Source: a bacterium
GTDB lineage: Bacteria; UBA8248; JACPRG01; G963555815
Reading direction: 5' to 3'
NCBI GenBank assembly: GCA_965261595.1
Contig: CBDHDG010000004.1
Span: forward strand, 352,001 to 416,000
DNA length: 64,000 nucleotides
Shown: piece by piece, positions 1-8,653 of the stretch
Layout: each line of letters begins with the position of its first letter
Position numbering within the stretch: the stretch's first letter is position 1
Notes under the pieces: generated by a model
The model's input: only the letters and a program-made list of their open reading frames with translations
What the model was told of the DNA's origin: nothing
The model's database searches: none
Position numbers and translations under genes: made by a program

Positions 1-365
1 TCACCCACGCCCGGCACACCACCTTCCAGATGGCCGAGGTGGCCGTGCCGCGTCAACTGTTCAGGGCAATCCTTGAACGAATTCGACGGTTGTGGTTACC
101 GCCTCCCGTACCAGATACCGGATGACGGAGCAGATGGCCCGGAAGCTTAGTGACGTGGTGGAGACGGGGGATCAGTCTGTGCCGAACTCCCCTGAGTGTG
201 CCGGTAGAGCTGGGTTTTCAAGGGATTGCGGCTTTAGGACGGCCGTTGCCCCTCGATTGAGCAGAGGGTTCTGCAAAGAGACCCTGAATCTGTAGTAAAA
301 TGGGGTACTTTGATGACACAGGAGGACCGCAGGATGGCTAAGAGTGGTCATCTGGGAAATCCCGG
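1..365 (+). mobile_element. 3' part of an IS1380-family element (transposase C-terminus to 125; right end at about 365)
   Basis: The frame from position 3 reads THARHTTFQMAEVAVPRQLFRAILERIRRL...stop at 125, typical of an IS1380 transposase C-terminus. CATCTGGGAAATCCCGG at 349-365 resembles an IS1380 terminus. Confidence 0.7.
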
Positions 366-445
366 ATAATGTTGTGCGACGGCTCCCTGAAGAGGATCGT
401 GAACGCTGCTCTCTGGACACTACGCCTGCGCCGTGCTGCGTTTAG

Positions 446-2140
446 CCTGGATATCTCACAAAGAAAGAGAGCCAAGCCGGTTTTTTTCGGGTAAACTCTT
501 TTTGATCAACGGGTTGCCCGAAGAAAGGAGACCGACTTGACTCGCACACAGTGTATCGCAGAACAGATGGAATTCCAAGGGTTGGGTTCTCGGCGTGTGA
601 TCGCCACTTCCAACGGCGGGGCGATCACCTCTGATGCGGGCGGTCTTTTGCTACGCGACACCGAGGGGCGGGTGAAGCTGATCGCAGGCTTCGCGGCCTG
701 TTTTGAGGACGGTCGGGACGCGAGGCGGGTGGAAGATGAGTTGTGGGCGTTGTTGCGGCAGCGGGTGTACGCGCTGGCGCTTGGCTATGAGGACGTCAAT
801 GACCACGAGCGGCTTCGCTTTGACCCGATGCTCCAGATCCTCTCGGGCAAGCTGGAGGCCACGCGGCGCAAGGGGGGTCCGGCCCTTGCGGGCAAGAGCA
901 CGCTGAACCGTTTGGAGCGTCTTGCGGGCGATGGCGATGAGCGCTACCACAAGATCGCCTACCGAGGCGAGGCGATCGACCGGCTGTTGGTGGAGGGCTT
1001 CCTTCGGTCGCAGAGGCGGGCGCCGGGTCGGATCGTTTTGGACATCGACGCCACCGACGACCCGGTGCACGGCTGTCAGGAGGGGCGTTTCTTCCACGGC
1101 TATCACGGTCATTACTGCTACCTTCCGCTTTACATCTTCTGCGGGGATTTCCTTTTGTGCGCTCGGCTTCGGCCCTCCAATATCGACGCCTCCTCGGGGG
1201 TGGTGGAGGAGTTGGAGCGGATCGTTGCCCAGATTCGGGCACGCTGGCCGCAGGTGTCGATCCTGCTTCGGGCGGATTCGGACTTCTCGCGCGAGTGGAT
1301 CATGGCCTGGTGCGAGGCGCAGGGGGTGGATTACGTGTTCGGCCTGGCCAAGACCTCCCGGCTGCAGGAAGCGGTGAAGGACGAGCTGGCCGAAGCGAAG
1401 GCGCGTCATCAGAGCACGGGGAAGGGGGCGCGGTTATTCCGGTCGTTTCCTCACCGGACGCTTACATCCTGGAGCCGGGTGCGGCGGGTGGTCGCCAAGG
1501 CCGAGCACCTGGCCAAGGGCGCCAATCCGCGCTTCATCGTGACTTCGCTGGACGAGGAGGCGATCGACGCGAAGCCTCTGTACGAGCGCATCTACTGCGC
1601 CCGGGGGACGATGGAGAACCGGCTCAAGGAGCAGCAGCTCGACCTGTACGCGGACCGGACGTCGTGCACGCGGATGCGCTCCAATCAGTTGCGGCTCTAC
1701 CTGTCGGCGGTGGCCTATGAACTGATGCATGCGTTGCGTCGGCTAGGCCTTCGGGGGACGGCGTTTGCAAAGGCAACGTGTGGAACGGTGCGGACGCGGC
1801 TGCTGAAGATCGGGGCGCAGGTTCGGGTGAGCGTGCGGCGAGTGCACGTGGCCCTTGCGACGGGTTATCCGTACATGAATGTGTTCTTCCACGCCTGGCG
1901 GAACCTGCGCGCGGGGCCGGAGGGAGAGCCCGCCGTCTAAGACAGATTGCAAAATGAACGCGCAGGGAGTCGAGGCAAACGTGCGTGCGGAGCCGAGCCA
2001 AATCGGCCAAAAAGCCCCTCTCACGGGTCAACTCCAACCACCCACCGGCCCTGGTTCCACCGCAAAAGCGACAGACAGGAAAAAACACTCCAATTCACAC
2101 CCGATAATCCATCCGCCGAGTGGGTGGTGAGAAATGCGGG
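446..2140 (+). mobile_element. IS1380-family insertion sequence
   Basis: Left end CCTGGATATCTCAC (446) and right end GTGAGAAATGCGGG (2140) form imperfect inverted repeats around the transposase. Flanks are TTAG/TTAA. Confidence 0.8.
537..1940 (+). CDS. IS1380-family DDE transposase
   Basis: Motifs TSDAGGLLL, GYEDVNDH, LDIDATDDPVHGCQEG, RADS, MENRLKEQQLDL. Confidence 0.93.
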   Translation: MTRTQCIAEQMEFQGLGSRRVIATSNGGAITSDAGGLLLRDTEGRVKLIAGFAACFEDGRDARRVEDELWALLRQRVYALALGYEDVNDHERLRFDPMLQILSGKLEATRRKGGPALAGKSTLNRLERLAGDGDERYHKIAYRGEAIDRLLVEGFLRSQRRAPGRIVLDIDATDDPVHGCQEGRFFHGYHGHYCYLPLYIFCGDFLLCARLRPSNIDASSGVVEELERIVAQIRARWPQVSILLRADSDFSREWIMAWCEAQGVDYVFGLAKTSRLQEAVKDELAEAKARHQSTGKGARLFRSFPHRTLTSWSRVRRVVAKAEHLAKGANPRFIVTSLDEEAIDAKPLYERIYCARGTMENRLKEQQLDLYADRTSCTRMRSNQLRLYLSAVAYELMHALRRLGLRGTAFAKATCGTVRTRLLKIGAQVRVSVRRVHVALATGYPYMNVFFHAWRNLRAGPEGEPAV

Positions 2141-2350
2141 TTAATGTATACTCTGATTTCCTGGATGGGATGGGAAGAACCTACCCGGTCGCCTGATATC
2201 GAGACGGGCGAGTTCCTCCAAGGCGGCGGACGCTCTCTATTCATTCCAGCGCACGCGGCCCCCGCAACTGCGTGAGGGGGCATGCATAGGGGGGGGCTCT
2301 CTGCGGAGACAACCTCGATTCGAATCGGTGGCAATAGGAGGGAGAAAACC

Positions 2351-3352
2351 ATGAAGGCCACACGATATTTGATGGGCGCCCTTTTGGCGCTGAGCATGGC
2401 GACCGGCGCGGGAGCGGGCGAAAAGGCCAATTTAATCCTGGACTGGCTGATCATCGGCAGTCACGCCGGCTACTACTCGGCGCTCGACAAGGGCTTCTTC
2501 AAGGACCAGGGGATCGATATGACGATCATCCCGGGCAAGGGCTCCGGGTACGCTGTCAAGACGCTGGGCGCCGGCAAGGTCACGTTCGGCTACGCGGATT
2601 TAGGCGCGATGATCGTCGGCCGCTCCAAGGGAGCGACAAACCGGATGATCGGGATGTTGATCGGGAACGCGCCCTATGTCCTCTATTCCCTTGAACCCAA
2701 CGCCGTCCGGAAACCCAAGGATCTGGAAGGCAAGAGCATCGCCTCCACGAGAGGCGATACGCTCTATATCCTTTTCCCCGCCTTCGCCAAGCTCGCCGGA
2801 TTTGACGCGAACAAGGTGAAATGGCAGATCATGACCGTCAGCGCGATGATCCCGAGCCTCATCTCCGGCAAGGTCGATCTGTCCGCGCACTACACGGGAA
2901 GCGGACCCATCGTCGAAGGAACGGCGGCGAAGAACGGCAGGAAGGCCGTGCCGCTTTACTTCAGAGACTACGGCTTCAACATCTACTCCAACGGCCTTCA
3001 GACCCAGGATGAGACCATCGCCAAGAACCCCAAACTCGTCCGCGCGTTCCTGGCGGCGATCTACAAGGGCGTCGGCTGGGCCATCGCGAATCAGAAAGAA
3101 GCCATCAAAATCCTGGGGAAGTACAACCAGGCGCTGAACCCGGATTTGGGGCTCAAAAGCTGGCGGGTCACGATCAAGGAAATCCTGACCGACGAGGTGA
3201 AAAAACACGGCCTCGGCTACATGACGGCCGCAAAGGTGAAAAACACGCGCAAGATGATGATCGACTTTTTGAACGTCAAGAATCCCCCGTCGGTCAGCGA
3301 GTCTTATACGACGGAGTTCCTCCCCGGGATCAAACCGCCCAAGGCGATGTAG
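2351..3352 (+). CDS. ABC transporter substrate-binding protein, NMT1/THI5 (SsuA-like) family
   Basis: Signal peptide; LDW...HAGYYSALDKGFFKDQGID, GKGSG, YSNGL motifs; GGAG RBS before ATG 2351. Confidence 0.88.
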   Translation: MKATRYLMGALLALSMATGAGAGEKANLILDWLIIGSHAGYYSALDKGFFKDQGIDMTIIPGKGSGYAVKTLGAGKVTFGYADLGAMIVGRSKGATNRMIGMLIGNAPYVLYSLEPNAVRKPKDLEGKSIASTRGDTLYILFPAFAKLAGFDANKVKWQIMTVSAMIPSLISGKVDLSAHYTGSGPIVEGTAAKNGRKAVPLYFRDYGFNIYSNGLQTQDETIAKNPKLVRAFLAAIYKGVGWAIANQKEAIKILGKYNQALNPDLGLKSWRVTIKEILTDEVKKHGLGYMTAAKVKNTRKMMIDFLNVKNPPSVSESYTTEFLPGIKPPKAM

Positions 3353-3429
3353 GGGGCGCTCCACGGGGATCTCGATCGCGGGCGAGTTGACAACCAACCC
3401 CGGAGGATGCCGGCCGGAGGCGAAGGAAG

Positions 3430-4389
3430 GTGCGCGAAGGGGATCTATGGCCCGCGCTGCGGGCGTACTGGCATCCGGTCGCTTTCGCGGAAGCCGTCGG
3501 CGAAAAACCGCTGGCCGTCCGGCTCCTGGATGAGCGGATCGCGGTCTGCCGCCTCGGGGGCCGGGCGGTCGCCTTCCACGACCTCTGCATCCACCGGGGG
3601 ACGCCGATCTCCCTGGGTTGGGTGGAAGGCGAGCACATGGTCTGCGCCTATCACGGCTGGGCCTACGACGCCGGAGGAAAGTGCGTCCGGATTCCGTCGG
3701 TTCCCCCCGGGCATCCCATCCCCAAAAAGGCATGCCTCACCCGTTACCCTACGCAGGAGCGCTACGGCCTGGTGTGGGTTTGCCTGGACGAGAAACCCCG
3801 GGCGCCCATCCCCGAGTTTCCGATGCTGGAGGCTCCGGACGTTCGGTGGGTTTACCGCGACAGAAGAATCTGGAATTGCAGCGCCGCGCGGGCCATAGAA
3901 AACTTTCTCGATCTGGGCCATCTGCCCTGGGTGCACGAAGGAATCCTGGGCGACCGCGAGCATCCGCTGACCCCGGATATCGACGTCGTCCGGGACGGTG
4001 AAGAGATCCGGTTCACGGTGGACCAGCGGCCCGACAAATCCCACGACAATCCTTTTCAACGGATCTATCGCGTCAACCGGCCCTTCGCCGTCTCCATGCT
4101 GAAAGAAGAAGCGGACGGAAACGCGGAGCTCTTGGTTTTTGTCTGCACCCCGCATACGGCGCGGGAGAGCACCCGGTGCGTTTTGATCGGACGGAATCAT
4201 GAACCGCCGTCCGAAGCGGCCCGGATCGAAATGTTCAACAACACCATCATCGAGCAGGACCGGACGATTGTCGAAAACCAGCGCCCGGAGGAGCTTCCGC
4301 TGGATTTGACGGAGGAGCTTCACCTCAAGGGGCCGGACGCCCCCGCCCTCGGATACCGGAGGATGATGAGAGAGCTCGGCGTAGAATAG
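3430..4389 (+). CDS. Rieske non-heme iron oxygenase alpha subunit (VanA/NdmA-B-like), copy 1
   Basis: Rieske ligands DLCIHRG and CAYHGW; mononuclear Fe motif ENFLDLGHLPWVH; EQDR; C-terminal QRPEELPLDL. Confidence 0.92.
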   Translation: MREGDLWPALRAYWHPVAFAEAVGEKPLAVRLLDERIAVCRLGGRAVAFHDLCIHRGTPISLGWVEGEHMVCAYHGWAYDAGGKCVRIPSVPPGHPIPKKACLTRYPTQERYGLVWVCLDEKPRAPIPEFPMLEAPDVRWVYRDRRIWNCSAARAIENFLDLGHLPWVHEGILGDREHPLTPDIDVVRDGEEIRFTVDQRPDKSHDNPFQRIYRVNRPFAVSMLKEEADGNAELLVFVCTPHTARESTRCVLIGRNHEPPSEAARIEMFNNTIIEQDRTIVENQRPEELPLDLTEELHLKGPDAPALGYRRMMRELGVE

Positions 4390-4475
4390 GCCGAGCCCGC
4401 CCGGCGTCGCGGACGGGATGCCTCGATATCGCCGCCGTCGCTTCTCATTTCCACCCGCGGAATCAGGACCGCCCC

Positions 4476-5231
4476 ATGATCCTCGAAGAGAAAGTCATCA
4501 TTGTCACCGGAGCGGCGCGGGGCATTGGAAAGGTCTACGCCAAGGGAATCGCGGAAGCCGGAGGCAAAGTCGTCGTCGCCGACATCCTCGATGGCGACTC
4601 GACCCTGGAGGAAGTCCGGAATGCGGGGGGCGAGGGCCTTTTCGTGCATGCCGACATCTCGGATGAACAGAGCGTGCAAGCCCTGGCGGAAACGGCGAAC
4701 AATCATTTCGGCCGCATCGACGGACTGGTCAACAACGCCGCGATGTTCGCCGGGATGACCTATCATCCCTTCGACCAAATCGCGGTCGAGGAATGGGACC
4801 GGGTCATGGCCGTCAACGTCAAAGGGCCCTGGCTGGCCGCGCGGGCGGTTTATCCCTTCATGAAGGCGCGGGGCGCCGGCAAGATCATCAACATCGCGTC
4901 CGGCGCTCCGTTCAAGGGAAACCCGCTCTTCAGCCACTATTCGGTTTCAAAAGGGGCCGTCGTCGCGTTGACGAGAGTCCTGGCCCGCTCGATGGGCAAG
5001 GACGGAATCTGCGTGAACACGGTGGCGCCCGGATTCACTCACACCGACATCCTGATTGCCACGCGGGAGGACCTGGAAGCGGTCGATGTGGCCGAGGTCG
5101 CGTCGCGGGCCATTCCCCGGACGGAATTTCCGGAGGACCTGGTCGGGGCGATCGTCTTCTTCCTTTCAAGCGGCGCCGATTTCATCACGGGCCAAACCCT
5201 CCTCGTGGACGGCGGGTCCTACATGTTGTGA
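4476..5231 (+). CDS. SDR family NAD(P)-dependent oxidoreductase
   Basis: TGAARGIG, NNAA, YSVSK, VAPG motifs. Confidence 0.92.
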   Translation: MILEEKVIIVTGAARGIGKVYAKGIAEAGGKVVVADILDGDSTLEEVRNAGGEGLFVHADISDEQSVQALAETANNHFGRIDGLVNNAAMFAGMTYHPFDQIAVEEWDRVMAVNVKGPWLAARAVYPFMKARGAGKIINIASGAPFKGNPLFSHYSVSKGAVVALTRVLARSMGKDGICVNTVAPGFTHTDILIATREDLEAVDVAEVASRAIPRTEFPEDLVGAIVFFLSSGADFITGQTLLVDGGSYML

Positions 5232-5309
5232 GTCATGACCGCGGCGGCCAAACACAAACCGTCCCCTGAAAGGCGTTCATTGTGATTCATTTCCGGATAG
5301 GAATGAGCC

Positions 5310-6269
5310 ATGCGTGAAGGAGATCTTTGGCCCGCGCTGCGGGCGTACTGGCATCCGGTCGCTTTCGCGGAAGCCGTCGGCGAAAAACCGCTGGCCGTCC
5401 GGCTCCTGGATGAGCGGATCGCGGTCTGCCGCCTCGGGGGCCGGGCGGTCGCCTTCCACGACCTCTGCATCCACCGGGGGACGCCGATCTCCCTGGGTTG
5501 GGTGGAAGGCGAGCATGTGGTCTGCGCCTATCACGGCTGGGCCTACGACGCCGGCGGGAAGTGCGTCCGGATTCCGTCCATTCCCCCCGAGCATCCCATC
5601 CCCAAGAAAGCCTGCCTCACCCGTTACCCTACGCAGGAGCGGTACGGCCTGGTGTGGGTTTGCCTGGATAAGAAACCCCGGGCGCCCATCCCCGACCTTC
5701 CGATGTTGGAAGACCCCTCTTTGCGCGTGGTGGTCCGCGACCGCAGGGTGTGGCAATGCACCGCCGCCCGCGCCATCGAGAACTTTCTCGACCTGGCCCA
5801 CATCCCCTGGGTGCACGACGGGACGCTCGGCAACCATAACAATCCTCAGACCCAGGACGTCGATCTGGAAAGAGACGGCGAAGAGCTCCGGTTCACGGTC
5901 CAAGACGTTTCCGATCATTTGCACGCGCTCGCCTGCGTACGCTCGTATCGAACCCACCGGCCGTTCTCGGTCTTCCTGTTGAAAGAGGAATCCGACGGAA
6001 GCACGGAGATCATGTGGTTCAGCTGCACACCGCATTCAGCAAAATCCTGTACGCGGTGCATCCTGATTGCCAGAAATTTCGATCCGCCTCCGGGCGTGTC
6101 CAGAATCGAAGACATCGAAGAGATCGTCATCGCCGAAGACCAGGGCATCGTCGAAAACCAGCGGCCCGAGGAGCTTCCACTGGATTTGACCGAGGAGTTT
6201 CACCTGAAAGGGCCGGACGCCCCCGCCCTTGCATACCGCCGGATGATGAGAGAACTCGGCGTGGAGTGA
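5310..6269 (+). CDS. Rieske oxygenase alpha subunit, copy 2
   Basis: Same Rieske and Fe motifs (ENFLDLAHIPWVH); 5' end nearly identical to copy 1. Confidence 0.92.
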   Translation: MREGDLWPALRAYWHPVAFAEAVGEKPLAVRLLDERIAVCRLGGRAVAFHDLCIHRGTPISLGWVEGEHVVCAYHGWAYDAGGKCVRIPSIPPEHPIPKKACLTRYPTQERYGLVWVCLDKKPRAPIPDLPMLEDPSLRVVVRDRRVWQCTAARAIENFLDLAHIPWVHDGTLGNHNNPQTQDVDLERDGEELRFTVQDVSDHLHALACVRSYRTHRPFSVFLLKEESDGSTEIMWFSCTPHSAKSCTRCILIARNFDPPPGVSRIEDIEEIVIAEDQGIVENQRPEELPLDLTEEFHLKGPDAPALAYRRMMRELGVE

Positions 6270-6274
6270 GAAGA

Positions 6275-7567
6275 ATGGAGACAGACGCGGTCCTGGCATC
6301 GATCGACAAGGAAGAGCTGGCGGACCTGTCCGTTCATCTCGGCAACATCCCCAGCCCGACAGGGTTTGAAGAGCCCATGGGAGAAGCGGTCTACACCTGG
6401 CTCGAGGAGAACGGCTTTCACCCCGCCAAGATGGAAGTCGCACCGGGGCGCAACAACGTCGTCGCAGTCTTGAAGGGCGCCGGAGAGGGCAAATCCCTGC
6501 TCTTCAACAGCCACATGGACACCAAGTACGGCGCACCCGGGGATGAGTGGGGCGCGGGGGAGGTGCTCCCCAGGCACATCAGCGCCTGGCGCGACGGGGA
6601 CCGGCTCTACGGGTCTCCGGTGTTCAACGACAGGGGCCCCATGGCGGCGTTTTTCCTGGCGGCGAAGGCCATTCGGGATGGCGGAATCAAGCTCAAAGGA
6701 GATCTTTACCTGACGGCGGTGGTGGGTGAAATCGGGTCCGCCCCCGTCGACGAATTCCAAGGACCCCGTTATTTCGGCAAAGGCGTGGGGGCGCGTCATC
6801 TCGTCCACCATGGGGTCGTCGCCGACTTCGCGCTGGTCGCGGAGTGCACCAGCTTTTGTGTCACCTGGACGCAGTGCGGCTGTGTCTATTTCCAGATCAC
6901 CACCATGGGCAAGGGAATCTACACCCCTTATATCCCGAGGCCCACGCCTCGGGAAACCGGCCCGAACGCCGTCGTCAAGATGGCGAAGATTATCCAGGCC
7001 CTCGAGGACTGGGCCGATGATTACATCGAACGCGAGAGCGCGACCATCGGTGGAGGGACCATCCGCCCCAACGCGACCATCGGGGCCATTCGAGGCGGCA
7101 TCCCCCACAAAATCTCAAACTCCGTCGGCCGATGCAGCCTGTACTTCGATGTCCGGCTCCTTCCCGGGAAAAGCCCGCTCTCCATGAAACGGGAAATCGA
7201 GCGGGTCATTCGGGAAACGGGCGTCGAGGCCGAGGTCCGTCCTTATATGACCCGCAGGGGATTCGAGGCCGAGGGACAGGAGCCGCTCGTGGACAGCATC
7301 CAGCGGGCGCATGACAAGGTCATCGGAAAACCCATGGGGACCATTGACCCGCCCATCACGAGCATGTGGCGGGACATGAACGTTTTCAATGAGGCCGGAA
7401 TTCCGGCGGCCACCTATGGGCCCTTCATCCGAGAAGTCTGGCAGGAAAAACCGGACCCGAATGCCGCGAATCGGGAATTCCTCCACGCGGACGACCTGCT
7501 GGCGGCCTCGAAGACTTACGCACTGATAGCGATGGATATCTGCAACCAAGACGCCGGGCCTTCATAA
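6275..7567 (+). CDS. M20 family metallopeptidase/amidohydrolase (ArgE/DapE-like)
   Basis: IPSPTGFEE, SLLFNSHMDT, FNDRG, VVGE, RDMN, ATYGP motifs. Confidence 0.85.
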   Translation: METDAVLASIDKEELADLSVHLGNIPSPTGFEEPMGEAVYTWLEENGFHPAKMEVAPGRNNVVAVLKGAGEGKSLLFNSHMDTKYGAPGDEWGAGEVLPRHISAWRDGDRLYGSPVFNDRGPMAAFFLAAKAIRDGGIKLKGDLYLTAVVGEIGSAPVDEFQGPRYFGKGVGARHLVHHGVVADFALVAECTSFCVTWTQCGCVYFQITTMGKGIYTPYIPRPTPRETGPNAVVKMAKIIQALEDWADDYIERESATIGGGTIRPNATIGAIRGGIPHKISNSVGRCSLYFDVRLLPGKSPLSMKREIERVIRETGVEAEVRPYMTRRGFEAEGQEPLVDSIQRAHDKVIGKPMGTIDPPITSMWRDMNVFNEAGIPAATYGPFIREVWQEKPDPNAANREFLHADDLLAASKTYALIAMDICNQDAGPS

Positions 7568-8107
7568 GTCGGTCCGCTCCGCGGAGCCCTCCCCCCCCAC
7601 CCCGGGAAGCGCAACCCGCATTTCTCCCCGACCGATTCCTCCGCCCCCCCCCCACGATCCGGGACTTTCCTCCGCGGGAAACCCGCCTTCAGACACGGGC
7701 CGAGCACGCACCGACACAAGACCGCTTCATTCGAAAAATTGGGGATCAATCTCGAATTTTACAGCTAATCTAAGCGTCCAAGGATTATTAGAATTTTCTA
7801 ATTGCAATTAATTTAATCAGTTATGATATAATCATTAATGTAGTTTGTGATTTATTCGGGGAAGCTGGGTCTGCCGGGTCTTTGTTGATCAGCGTTTTGG
7901 GCAATCAAAAGACTCATTTGAGGCATGATGGACCGTTTTATTGCTCCCGCTCTCAACCCAATCGCCCCCTCAGGCGACCGAGTTTCAAAACATGGCGCAC
8001 GCCGCTATCGGGCAGAGAACCATGGCATCACAGAAGGGGATTCGCCCCGGCCTGGAGGTCACTCCGGGGATTTCCGGGCGGACCCACATGCGAGGAGGAG
8101 GAATGTT

Positions 8108-8602
8108 TTGCGTGGAAAATTGAATCGGCCGTTCCATGCGGCTTGGATCTTGGCGTTCATCAGTCTGGCCGCGCTCGCCTTCACCCCCGGCGTCGCGACG
8201 GCGGCCCAGGTGGTGCGCATCAAATCGAAGACCGCCAACGTCCGCTCCGGGCCGGGAACAAGATTCAAAAAGGTGTGGACCGCTCCGCGGAACTACCCGT
8301 ACCGGGTCATCAAGCGCAGGGGGCGATGGCTCAAAGTCCGTGACTACGAGGGATATCAAGACTGGGTCCATAAAGGCCTGACCGACGCCAAACACGCGGT
8401 CATCGTCAAGGTCAAATCCGCCAACATCAGAAAAGGGCCGGGCGCGGACCAGCCGGCCATCTTCACGGCCGACAAAGGCGTCCCGTTCCTCGTGGTGGGA
8501 AAGAAGGGAAGCTGGCTGAAAGTCCGTCACGCCGACGGGGACGAGGGATGGATTGCCCGAAAGCTCCTCTGGGGGGCCTCCCGGGACCCATCGAACCTTT
8601 AG
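8108..8602 (+). CDS. Secreted protein with tandem bacterial SH3 domains
   Basis: Signal peptide, then two ANVRSGPG/ANIRKGPG...WLKVR...GWI repeats. Start inferred at TTG after GAGGAGGAG. Confidence 0.8.
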   Translation: MRGKLNRPFHAAWILAFISLAALAFTPGVATAAQVVRIKSKTANVRSGPGTRFKKVWTAPRNYPYRVIKRRGRWLKVRDYEGYQDWVHKGLTDAKHAVIVKVKSANIRKGPGADQPAIFTADKGVPFLVVGKKGSWLKVRHADGDEGWIARKLLWGASRDPSNL

Positions 8603-8653
8603 CCCCGGAAATGGGCGTCATGAGAAAGAAATCCCGCGCGGAATCCCGGTTTC

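Noticed and set aside
2141..2350. TPP riboswitch upstream of the NMT1/THI5 gene
   Set aside because: I could not find the conserved CTGAGA and CCTGA..TAAT core.
3430..6269. Diversity-generating retroelement as the cause of the Rieske or TPR near-repeats
   Set aside because: Mismatches are not adenine-specific and no reverse transcriptase is in the window.
7615..7630. CCCGCATTTCTC match to the IS1380 end
   Set aside because: Only 12 bp, with no other IS sequence nearby.
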